Origin: Oscillibacter sp.
Lineage (GTDB): Bacteria > Bacillota > Clostridia > Oscillospirales > Oscillospiraceae
NCBI GenBank assembly: GCA_024404295.1
Contig: JAKSQE010000001.1
Span: forward strand, 1 to 33,794
Direction of reading: 5' to 3'
DNA length: 33,794 nucleotides
The translations under genes were made by a program, and so were the position numbers. Position 1 is the first letter of the stretch. Each line of letters begins with the position of its first letter. Shown here piece by piece: positions 8,857-16,942 of this stretch. The notes beneath the pieces are model-generated. The model did no database searches. It saw only the letters and a program-made list of their open reading frames with translations, and was not told the DNA's origin.

Positions 8857-9567
8857 TTATCTCGTCTGTGCCCAAACACTCAGGGCATTGACTGCCGCAT
8901 GGAGTCCAATCGAGCTCCAAAGCGTACCGCTGTGGTCATAGGCCCAGGCCAAAACCAATCCGGGCACCAAATACTGCACCATCAACAGGAAGTAAGTCAC
9001 ATCCTGCCGCACCACAGCGAACTGCCACACATGGATCAGCGCAAACAGTACGCAGCTGATCACATAGGCCACGGCACGGCTTTTTAGCTTTAGATTTCCG
9101 AATACCAGACCACGGAACAGCACTTCTTCCACAAAAGGCGCCAACAGGATCACAATCAGAAGTGTCACTCGGGGTGCGCTGTTGATCTGTGCGGAAATCG
9201 TGCTGTCATTCAGATTGGTGCGGTTGTTCACCAACAGGTGCGTCAGGCGGAAAACCAGTTCATTCAGGCCATACATGGCGATAATTCCCACGATAATGGT
9301 CTTACAACTTTCGCCCAAATTGTCCGCAAATCGCTTGGTCGTTCGTCCGATATAGCCGTGGAAGATGATAACCGTGATGGCCAACAGCGTGTAATAATAG
9401 ATGATATTTTGCAGGGTCTCCGGAATATCTGTACCCAACAGCCTTTCCACCAGTCGGAATAGGGGTGCTGTAGCAAAGGGCAGAACAATCAAATAAACAC
9501 ACAGGAAAATCACGCCTGCGATCTGCTCGCCGGCAGACATATAAGAGGTCGATTTCTTTTTTGCCAT
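8857..9567 (-). CDS. CPBP (Abi/CAAX) family intramembrane glutamic protease
   Basis: Multi-TM protein with EEVLFRG, FALIH and HAAVN motifs. Confidence 0.9.
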   Translation of the reverse strand: MAKKKSTSYMSAGEQIAGVIFLCVYLIVLPFATAPLFRLVERLLGTDIPETLQNIIYYYTLLAITVIIFHGYIGRTTKRFADNLGESCKTIIVGIIAMYGLNELVFRLTHLLVNNRTNLNDSTISAQINSAPRVTLLIVILLAPFVEEVLFRGLVFGNLKLKSRAVAYVISCVLFALIHVWQFAVVRQDVTYFLLMVQYLVPGLVLAWAYDHSGTLWSSIGLHAAVNALSVWAQTR

Positions 9568-9585
9568 GTTGTCACCACCTTGGCA

Positions 9586-12192
9586 TTACGATAATTTTTG
9601 TTTCAGTTCGTACAGCAGGCTCATGGCCTCGATCGGCGTCAGGGTGTCCGGCTGACAGCGCCTGAGAGCCGCCAGCACCTCGCCCTCGCCCATAGCGGTC
9701 ATGCTCACCTGATCCGCTTCCTGACGGGGGGCCGTATACTGCACGCCATTTTCGCTCTCCAATTCCGTCAAAACGGTCTTTGCCCGCTTCACCACTGTCT
9801 GAGGCAGACCTGCCAGTTTGGCAACTTCGCTACCATAGCTGCGATCCGCTCCGCCGGGAATGATCTTGCGGAGGAAGATAATGTCCTCACCCCGGGTCTT
9901 CACAGCGATATTGTAATTCACGGTGCCGGGGAGCGTGTTCTCCAGCTCCGTCAGCTCGTGATAGTGCGTAGCGAAAAGGGTTTTTGCACCCAGCGTCTTG
10001 GATTCCGCGCAGTATTCCAGTACAGCACGGGCGATGGACATGCCGTCAAAGGTAGAGGTACCACGGCCGATCTCGTCCAAAATCAGCAAGGAATTCTTGG
10101 TGGCGTGGCGCAGAATGTCGGACACCTCCGTCATCTCCACCATAAAGGTGGACTGACCTGCCGACAGATCATCACTGGCACCGATCCGGGTGAAAATGCG
10201 ATCCACCACGCCAATGCGAGCGTACTTTGCCGGAACAAAACTGCCCATTTGTGCCATGAGCACCATCAGCGCCACTTGACGCATATAAGTGGACTTACCC
10301 GCCATATTGGGGCCGGTGATAATGGCTACGCGCTCCTCTTTTTCGCCCATAAAGGTATCGTTTGGGACAAACAAACTGTCCTTCAGCACCTTTTCCACCA
10401 CGGGATGGCGGCCTTCCCGAATTTCGATCACGCCGGACTCGTCCACCTCAGGGCGGCAATAGTTGTTCCGCACCGCCACGGTGGCAAAGGACGCCAGTGC
10501 GTCCAGCTCCGCCAACAGCGCCGCCGTTTTTTGAATACGCTGTGCCTGTGCGGAAATGGTGTTGCGCAGTTCTGTAAACAATTCATACTCCGGCGCCACC
10601 ACACGCTCGGAAGCGGTTAGGATCTCATGCTCCAGGTCTTTCAGTTCCTGCGTGATAAAGCGCTCGCCGTTTACCAGCGTCTGCTTGCGAATATAGGTTT
10701 CGGGTACCATCTCCTTAAAGGAGTTGGACACCTCGATGTAATAACCAAAGACTTTGTTATAGCCGATCTTCAGGGTGCGAATGCCGGTCTTTTCCTTCTC
10801 CGATGCCTCGATCTCCGCAATGACACCCTTGCCGTTTTTCAGAATGTGGCGCAGGCGATCCACCTCGGGATGGAAGCCGTCACGGATAAAGCCGCCCTCA
10901 CGAACGGAGAAAGGTGGTTCGTCGCAAATCGTCGCCGCAATTTGGTTGCCAATGTCCTCCAGCAAATCAAACTCCTGCTGCAATTCCACAATGCGGCGGT
11001 CATTCACGCCCTCCAGTTGTGCGGCAATGTTGGGTAACTTCTCGATGGCAGAACGGAGGGAAGCCATATCTCTGCCGCCGGCGGTGCCGTAGACGATGCG
11101 TCCCACCAGGCGCTCCATATCGCCCAGGCCGGTCATACCGGCAATCAGTTCTTCCCGGCGGATGGTATCCTCCACCAGAGCCGCCACCGCGCTGCTGCGC
11201 TTGTTGATGGCAGTAACGGACAACAACGGGCGTTCCAGCCAACTGCGGAGCAATCGGCCACCCATGGGCGTCTTGGTCTTATCCAACACCCACAGGAGAC
11301 TGCCCTTCTTCTCCTTATTGCGGAGAGTCTCCGTCAGTTCCAGATTGCGGCGGGCAGTCAGATCCAGTTCCATAAACCGGCCCTGCTCATAGTAATCCAG
11401 ATCGTTGATATGGCTGAGGTCGGTCTTCTGGGTCTCGTATAAGTAATGCAGCAGTCCGCCCAGCGCCATGGTGGCAGCAGGGTTGTTTGCAGGCAGGCTG
11501 CGCTGCGCCTCCTCGCCAAACTGCTTGCGAATATTCTTTTCCGCCTCCGCCAACAGGAAGCGACGTTCACCGCCGTTTTCCCAACGGCAATGGAGTTTGT
11601 CGCTCAACACGTCAGTCAATCCACGCTCAGAAGCTGCACCATCGTTCAAAATGGCCTCCACAGGATTGAAGCGGCCCAACTCATTGACAATATGCTCCAT
11701 CGTTTCCTTGCCGGAAAACGCCGTCAGATGGGCCTTGCCGGTGGTAATATCGCAAAACGCCACACCGCCGCCCCGGCTGTCCAGATAAATGCCGCAAATA
11801 AAGTTTCCGGCCTTGTCCTCCAGACAGGCAGCGTCGATGACGGTACCGGGTGTGACTACACGAATGATATCCCGCTTCACCAAGCCTTTGGCGGTGGCGG
11901 GATCCTCCACCTGCTCGCAGATGGCTACCTTGTAGCCCTTGGCGATCAGGCGGGCAATGTAACTCTCGCTGGCATGGTAGGGAATACCGCACATGGGGAT
12001 CTGCTCTTCGGCGGGCTTCGCCTTTTTGCCGTGGTCACGGGAGGTCAGGGTCAGATCCAGTTCCGCCGATGCTGTATGGGCATCCTCGCCGAACATTTCA
12101 TAGAAATCACCCAAGCGGAAGAACAGGATGGAATCCTGATTCTGCTCTTTGATCTCCAGATATTGTTTCATCATGGGCGTCAGCTCTGCCAT
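9586..12192 (-). CDS. mutS: DNA mismatch repair protein MutS
   Basis: TPMMKQY, FRLGDFYE, TGPNMAGKSTY, STFMVEM, LDEIGRGTST, FATHYHEL. Confidence 0.98.
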   Translation of the reverse strand: MAELTPMMKQYLEIKEQNQDSILFFRLGDFYEMFGEDAHTASAELDLTLTSRDHGKKAKPAEEQIPMCGIPYHASESYIARLIAKGYKVAICEQVEDPATAKGLVKRDIIRVVTPGTVIDAACLEDKAGNFICGIYLDSRGGGVAFCDITTGKAHLTAFSGKETMEHIVNELGRFNPVEAILNDGAASERGLTDVLSDKLHCRWENGGERRFLLAEAEKNIRKQFGEEAQRSLPANNPAATMALGGLLHYLYETQKTDLSHINDLDYYEQGRFMELDLTARRNLELTETLRNKEKKGSLLWVLDKTKTPMGGRLLRSWLERPLLSVTAINKRSSAVAALVEDTIRREELIAGMTGLGDMERLVGRIVYGTAGGRDMASLRSAIEKLPNIAAQLEGVNDRRIVELQQEFDLLEDIGNQIAATICDEPPFSVREGGFIRDGFHPEVDRLRHILKNGKGVIAEIEASEKEKTGIRTLKIGYNKVFGYYIEVSNSFKEMVPETYIRKQTLVNGERFITQELKDLEHEILTASERVVAPEYELFTELRNTISAQAQRIQKTAALLAELDALASFATVAVRNNYCRPEVDESGVIEIREGRHPVVEKVLKDSLFVPNDTFMGEKEERVAIITGPNMAGKSTYMRQVALMVLMAQMGSFVPAKYARIGVVDRIFTRIGASDDLSAGQSTFMVEMTEVSDILRHATKNSLLILDEIGRGTSTFDGMSIARAVLEYCAESKTLGAKTLFATHYHELTELENTLPGTVNYNIAVKTRGEDIIFLRKIIPGGADRSYGSEVAKLAGLPQTVVKRAKTVLTELESENGVQYTAPRQEADQVSMTAMGEGEVLAALRRCQPDTLTPIEAMSLLYELKQKLS

Positions 12193-12229
12193 GGTCTCAC
12201 CTAACCTTTTCCATTTCTCTATTGCAATC

Positions 12230-13639
12230 TCAAACTTCGCCGTACAGCGCCCAGGTGTTGCTGCCGGTAATGGTCACATCGATAAATTGGCCAATGAGGG
12301 ACTTGTCTCCCTTCATGCGCACCAGACGGTTGCCGTTGGTGCGGGCGGCCAGAGGAAATTCCGCATCGTCGCTCTCGCCATCCACCAGAACGCGGACGGT
12401 CTTGCCGATATAGGCGGCGTGGAGCTTCGCGGACATGCCGTTCTGCACCTCCAGCAGCTTGTCGAACCACTTCTGCTTCTCCTCCCGGGTGGCGGGGTCT
12501 GGCATCTCGGCAGCCTTCGTGCCGGGACGGGGAGAATAGATAAACGTAAACAGGGCGTCAAAGCCCACTTCCTCTACCAGAGAAACCGTGTCCATGGCCT
12601 CTGCCTCCGTCTCGCCGGGGAAGCCGATGATGACATCGGAAGTGATGACCAATCCGGGCATTTTCTCTTTGGCATAGTTGATCAGTTCTAAGTACTGTTC
12701 CCGGGTATAGCGGCGGTTCATCTCATGCAGCACCCGGTTATTGCCGGACTGGAAAGGCAGGTGCAGTTGGCGGGCAACATGCTTGCTTGCTGCCATGGTG
12801 TCGAACAGCTTCTTCGTAGCGTCCTTAGGATGACTGGACATAAAGCGGATCACATACTCGCCCTCAATTTGATCAATTTCCGCTAACAGATCCGCAAAGT
12901 CGTAGTCGATACCCAAGTCTTTCCCGTAAGAATTGACATTCTGACCCAGCAAGGTAATGTCTTTATAGCCGGCTTCCACCAGTCCACGAACTTCCTCCAG
13001 CACACACTGGGGATCACGGCTGCGCTCGCGACCGCGGACATAAGGCACGATACAGTAAGAGCAGAAGTTGTTGCAGCCGTACATGATGCTGACCCATGCC
13101 TTCACGCCCTTTTCCCGCACCACGGGGATTCCCTCGGCAATGCTGCCGTGTTCATCATCCACCGCAAAGACCCGCTTACGCTTGTCGTACACCCGCCACA
13201 AAAGCTCCGGGAACTTCCACAAAGCGTGGGGGCCAAACACCAGATCCACATGACGGTAGGACTCCTTCACACGGTTGGAAACGCGCTCCTCCTGCGCCAT
13301 ACAACCGCACAGGCAAATCACCTGCTCGGGATTCTCTTTCTTCGTGTGGGTCAGAATACCCAGGTTGCCGAATACACGCTGCTCGGCATGCTCCCGGACG
13401 GCGCAGGTGTTCAAAATGACCAGATCGGCTTCTTTCCAATCCTCGGTAAAGGTAAAGCCGCATTCCTCCAGCATACCCATCAGTTTCTGGCCGTCGGCAA
13501 CATTCTGCTGGCAGCCAAAGGTATCCACGCAAGCCACAGGGTGGGCCTCGCGGGCGGTGAACATTTCTTTGATTTTTGCTTCAAATTCCCGCTGTTGTGC
13601 CAAATCGGCTTCGGGGATAATTACCTGACTCCGTTCCAA
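12230..13639 (-). CDS. miaB: tRNA-2-methylthio-N6-dimethylallyladenosine synthase
   Basis: TFGCQQN, NTCAVRE, radical-SAM CNNFCSYC, C-terminal TRAM domain. Start is probably TTG at 13639 (GGAGG 8 nt upstream); in-frame ATG at 13654 is the alternative. Confidence 0.95.
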   Translation of the reverse strand: MERSQVIIPEADLAQQREFEAKIKEMFTAREAHPVACVDTFGCQQNVADGQKLMGMLEECGFTFTEDWKEADLVILNTCAVREHAEQRVFGNLGILTHTKKENPEQVICLCGCMAQEERVSNRVKESYRHVDLVFGPHALWKFPELLWRVYDKRKRVFAVDDEHGSIAEGIPVVREKGVKAWVSIMYGCNNFCSYCIVPYVRGRERSRDPQCVLEEVRGLVEAGYKDITLLGQNVNSYGKDLGIDYDFADLLAEIDQIEGEYVIRFMSSHPKDATKKLFDTMAASKHVARQLHLPFQSGNNRVLHEMNRRYTREQYLELINYAKEKMPGLVITSDVIIGFPGETEAEAMDTVSLVEEVGFDALFTFIYSPRPGTKAAEMPDPATREEKQKWFDKLLEVQNGMSAKLHAAYIGKTVRVLVDGESDDAEFPLAARTNGNRLVRMKGDKSLIGQFIDVTITGSNTWALYGEV

Positions 13640-13677
13640 TCTTTTATCCTCCATATAGAGATACTTTAACTAAATTA

Positions 13678-13705
13678 CTATATCATAAAAGCCGTAAAAG
13701 CACAA
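13678..13705 (-). promoter_or_regulatory. Putative promoter for the miaB operon
   Basis: TTGTGC, 16 bp spacer, TATAGT with extended -10 TG. Confidence 0.45.
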
Positions 13706-13746
13706 GGCGTAATTCTGTCCCGCAGAGCGATTCCGGGCGGTTTCCG

Positions 13747-13775
13747 TTGCATTTTATCGTGGGTTTTCGTATAAT
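13747..13775 (+). promoter_or_regulatory. Sigma-A promoter for the DMT gene
   Basis: TTGCAT, 17 bp spacer, TATAAT. Confidence 0.75.
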
Positions 13776-13830
13776 AAAAACTGCGGTTTTTTATCAGTTT
13801 TTTAACGTCTGTCTTTCAAGGAGGTTTTCA

Positions 13831-14256
13831 ATGTTCACCTATATCTGGCCCATCGCTTTGGTGGTCTTTTCCAATATTCTATATCAGGTATGCGCTAAGG
13901 GTGTTCCCAGTGAGATGAATCCTTTGGCCTCCATGACGGTTACATATTTCGTTTCCACGATCGCTTCCGCAATCTTATATTTTCTGTTGGTGAAAGATGG
14001 ACACCTGCTTAAGGAATACACCCACACCAACTGGGCACCGATCGTTCTGGGACTGGTCATTGTGGGATTAGAGGTTGGCTTTATTTACGCTTATAAAATT
14101 GGTTGGCAGGTCAGCACCGCATCCACCGTGCAAAGCGCTTTTCTGGCTGTTGCATTACTGATCGTCGGTTTTGTGTTCTACCATGAGCCATTATCAGCCA
14201 GTAAAATTTTTGGTGCTGTAGTTTGCCTAATTGGACTTTATTTCCTCAACCGATAA
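13831..14256 (+). CDS. Small DMT/EamA-like membrane transporter (single repeat, about 5 TM)
   Basis: 141 aa, very hydrophobic, C-terminal FYHEPLSASKIFGAVVCLIG EamA-type motif; AAGGAGG RBS before ATG 13831. Confidence 0.8.
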   Translation: MFTYIWPIALVVFSNILYQVCAKGVPSEMNPLASMTVTYFVSTIASAILYFLLVKDGHLLKEYTHTNWAPIVLGLVIVGLEVGFIYAYKIGWQVSTASTVQSAFLAVALLIVGFVFYHEPLSASKIFGAVVCLIGLYFLNR

Positions 14257-14283
14257 AAAACCGCAGCGAATGCTGCGGTTTTT
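14255..14283 (+). terminator. Bidirectional intrinsic terminator
   Basis: AAAAAACCGCAGC-GAAT-GCTGCGGTTTTT between convergent genes. Confidence 0.85.
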
Positions 14284-14287
14284 CTTT

Positions 14288-14324
14288 AAAAGCAAAGCGG
14301 CGCCGCAGCATTTGCCGCAGCGCC
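14288..14324 (-). terminator. Hairpin/terminator after the HPr-like gene
   Basis: Minus strand GGCGCTGCGGCA-AA-TGCTGCGGCGCC (includes G-U pairs) followed by GCTTTGCTTTT. Confidence 0.5.
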
Positions 14325-14343
14325 TTTCTAAAGCATGTTTGGA

Positions 14344-14565
14344 TCAGGCCATCTTTTCCACCAGTTTGCTGAACTGGCGGGCATCCACATTGTCCTCAGC
14401 GACCACATGAGCCTTTTGACCGACCAGGGCAAACAGGCCCAGCAGGGAACGAGCATCCAACATCACGGTGTCAGTGCTCAGCCAGACTTCATAGGGTGCC
14501 TTGCTTGCCAGCTCATTGATTCTCTCGACCTGAGCCTTATCCTTAATTTCAATAACCTTTGTCAT
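14344..14565 (-). CDS. HPr-family phosphocarrier-like protein lacking His15
   Basis: 73 aa. LDARSLLGLFAL resembles the HPr Ser46 region (DAKSIMG..L). No N-terminal G(L/I)HARP motif. AAGGAG RBS. Confidence 0.75.
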   Translation of the reverse strand: MTKVIEIKDKAQVERINELASKAPYEVWLSTDTVMLDARSLLGLFALVGQKAHVVAEDNVDARQFSKLVEKMA

Positions 14566-14667
14566 AATATTTTATCTCCTTTTGTGCGAGTTTCCGCACG
14601 ATTCAAAATATTTTTCCTAACTTTTTTCGATGTTTTTTCTTGAGTCCGCCCTTACTCGGATGCCCAC

Positions 14668-14696
14668 ATTGTAGCTTGCGTCATGGAGAAAATCAA
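14668..14696 (-). promoter_or_regulatory. Putative promoter for the HPr-like gene
   Basis: TTGATT, 17 bp spacer, TACAAT. Confidence 0.55.
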
Positions 14697-14723
14697 TCTT
14701 CAACTTTCACAAAGAAACTTCAC

Positions 14724-14735
14724 GTAATCGATTAC
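14724..14735. promoter_or_regulatory. Perfect 12-bp palindrome, cre/LacI-family operator-like
   Basis: GTAATCGATTAC with central CG; fits the core of the cre consensus TGWNANCGNTNWCA. Confidence 0.5.
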
Positions 14736-14782
14736 CTTTGTTTATATTGCACAGTTTTCTTTTTCGAATTTGTGAATATAGT

Positions 14783-14810
14783 AAAAGCCCCGCCTTTGTG
14801 GCGGGGCTTT
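14783..14810 (-). terminator. Intrinsic terminator ending the gdpP...lipoprotein operon
   Basis: AAAGCCCCGCC-ACAAA-GGCGGGGCTTTT. Confidence 0.85.
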
Positions 14811-14826
14811 GTGGATGATCAAAGTA

Positions 14827-15474
14827 TTAGCCGACCTGCATTCCGTCCAAGGTCTGCTGCGCGGCAACAGGGTCAAAAGCAAATTCATAGCTGCCTTCCC
14901 AGTAGGATGCCGGGTTTACATTCAAAAGCTGGTAGAAAGTGTCCCGATAAAGTTGCGCGGCATTTTCACCCCACAAAACACCTCGAATCGTTCCGGAGGT
15001 GGCAAGGCGGTCAGATTGAGGCGTCTCCAAGTCGCCGCAGACGAACAGCGTCATGGTGTGCATACGCTCCATTTGCTCTGCCGTAGCTGTGGTGAAATAG
15101 TCATCCAGTGTCTTGCGGTCTTCCTCCAAGGGGAGCTGCTCTTGTATGACGCTCTGCAAATGCCAGAGTTCGTCTGCCCACGCATTGGCACGGCAGGAGG
15201 CCACATTGTTCATTTCCACGGTATTCATATAAGAGGTATCAATGGCATCAAAAAAGTCATCAATAGGGTTCTTAACAGACTGTGGCGTCCCCTCAGGCTC
15301 CTGAGACGTTTGCAGTTCCGCAAGCTGCTCCGTCAAGTCTGCATTTTCCTGCCGGAGTGTCTCCAGTTCCGCTTTGTAAGTCTCCGCATCCGCGCCGTCG
15401 TCCGACGTTTTTCCGCAGGCGCAAAGTAAGAGCAATAAGCTCAAGGCAGATAGAATGCAAAAAACCTTCCTCAT
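14827..15474 (-). CDS. Predicted lipoprotein with a coiled coil and helical domain (weakly LprI/DUF1311-like)
   Basis: MRKVFCILSALSLLLLLCAC signal peptide II/lipobox. ATG at 15474 overlaps the rluD stop (ATGA); the longer ORF in the track overlaps rluD. Confidence 0.75.
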   Translation of the reverse strand: MRKVFCILSALSLLLLLCACGKTSDDGADAETYKAELETLRQENADLTEQLAELQTSQEPEGTPQSVKNPIDDFFDAIDTSYMNTVEMNNVASCRANAWADELWHLQSVIQEQLPLEEDRKTLDDYFTTATAEQMERMHTMTLFVCGDLETPQSDRLATSGTIRGVLWGENAAQLYRDTFYQLLNVNPASYWEGSYEFAFDPVAAQQTLDGMQVG

Positions 15475-16388
15475 GGCATTTCCCTCAGCTTTTCCAGTTG
15501 TCTTATAAACGCTTCCGGTAGTTCGCAATGCAGCTCCACCGCTTCCTCCGTACGGGGATGGATAAACCGCAGGCCTACCGCATGGAGACACTGGCCTTGC
15601 AAGCCGGAGACTTCTTTCTTGTTGCCATATACCGTATCTCCTAAAATCGGGTGGCTGATGCTGGCCATGTGAACACGGATCTGATGGGTGCGGCCCGTCT
15701 CCAGACGGCACTCCACATAGGTGTAGCCCTGATAGCGTTTCAACACCCGCCAATGGGTCACAGCGTGACGACCGTCGTGGACGACGGCCATTTTTTTGCG
15801 ATCCACCGGATGCCGCCCAATAGGGGCGTCAATCGTACCGCTATCCTCATGCAGGTTACCGACAACAATGCAGTGATAAATGCGAGCCAAAGTATGATCC
15901 GCCAACTGTGCCGCCAGTTTCTGGTGGGCAAAGTCGTTCTTCGCCGCAATGATCAGGCCGGAGGTGTCCCGGTCGATGCGATGGACAATACCGGGGCGCA
16001 GTTCTCCGCCGATGCCGGAGAGAGAGTCACCGCAATGGTACAGCAGCGCATTGACCAGCGTGCCATCGGGATGGCCTGGCGCCGGATGCACCACCAGTCC
16101 CTTAGGCTTATTCACCACAATGACATCATCGTCCTCAAACACCACGTCCAGAGGAATGTTCTGAGGCACCACATCCACAGGCTCCGGCTCCGGCAGCATA
16201 ACTGCAACCGTCTCCTTGCCGGTTATTTTATAATTTTTCGCCAGTGGCTTTCCGTCTGCCGTCACGCAGCCGTCTTGAATCAAACGCTGCACGGCAGAAC
16301 GGGTCAGTTCTTCGATCTGCTCAGACAGCCACGCATCCATGCGCCGTCCGGCGTCCTCAATGTTCGGTTGGAGTGTCAGAAGCTCCAT
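15471..16388 (-). CDS. rluD: RluA/RluD-family 23S rRNA pseudouridine synthase
   Basis: N-terminal S4 domain, VNKPKGLVVHP, HRIDRDTSG, LETGRTHQIRVH; follows lspA. Confidence 0.93.
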   Translation of the reverse strand: MELLTLQPNIEDAGRRMDAWLSEQIEELTRSAVQRLIQDGCVTADGKPLAKNYKITGKETVAVMLPEPEPVDVVPQNIPLDVVFEDDDVIVVNKPKGLVVHPAPGHPDGTLVNALLYHCGDSLSGIGGELRPGIVHRIDRDTSGLIIAAKNDFAHQKLAAQLADHTLARIYHCIVVGNLHEDSGTIDAPIGRHPVDRKKMAVVHDGRHAVTHWRVLKRYQGYTYVECRLETGRTHQIRVHMASISHPILGDTVYGNKKEVSGLQGQCLHAVGLRFIHPRTEEAVELHCELPEAFIRQLEKLREMP

Positions 16389-16869
16389 CGCTTTCTCCCT
16401 TTTTCGGCTGGTCGTACTTTTCATATAGGAACATGTAATAGAATCCGCCTAAAATCGCACCGACAACGATGCACATATCCGCAATATTGAACACGGGATA
16501 GCTGGGCCAGAATGTAAAGTGGAACATATCCACCACATAACCCAGACGTGCACGGTCAATCAAATTGCCAATGCCGCCGGAAATCACCAGGCAGGCGGCC
16601 AGAATTCCCACAGGGTGACGCACAATGCCGCGTACCAATACGTACAATGCACCCAGAAGCAGCACGCTGGTCACACCCAGCAGCAGCCAGCGCTGACCGG
16701 AAAAGCTGGACCAGGCGGCGCCAAAATTATGCACCCGCATCAACTCTACAATACCGGGCAAGAACGGCGCAGTCTCCCACAGAGCCAGATGGGCCACTAC
16801 CCAAGCTTTAAACCATTGGTCTAATGCCAACAGGCCCACTCCAAGCAGGCCAAACAGAACGTAAAACAT
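16357..16869 (-). CDS. lspA: Lipoprotein signal peptidase II
   Basis: DQWFK, NFGAAWS, GNLIDR..GYVVD, FNIAD. ATG 16869 with AGGAG RBS. Confidence 0.95.
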   Translation of the reverse strand: MFYVLFGLLGVGLLALDQWFKAWVVAHLALWETAPFLPGIVELMRVHNFGAAWSSFSGQRWLLLGVTSVLLLGALYVLVRGIVRHPVGILAACLVISGGIGNLIDRARLGYVVDMFHFTFWPSYPVFNIADMCIVVGAILGGFYYMFLYEKYDQPKKGESDGASDTPTEH

Positions 16870-16902
16870 AGGGGATCTCCTATCAATTCTGATGTTTACG
16901 AA

Positions 16903-16932
16903 AGGTTCAACGCCCTTTCGGGCGTTGAACCT
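16903..16932 (-). other. Intra-operon stem-loop (13-bp perfect stem, GAAA loop)
   Basis: AGGTTCAACGCCC-GAAA-GGGCGTTGAACCT with only a short U run. Confidence 0.7.
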
Positions 16933-16942
16933 CATTGCGATA

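Noticed and set aside
9598-12204. Long plus-strand ORFs antisense to mutS
   Set aside because: Fully overlap mutS and carry no recognisable protein features.
15475-15753. N-terminal extension of the 308-aa ORF
   Set aside because: It overlaps rluD in another frame; the signal peptide starts at ATG 15474.
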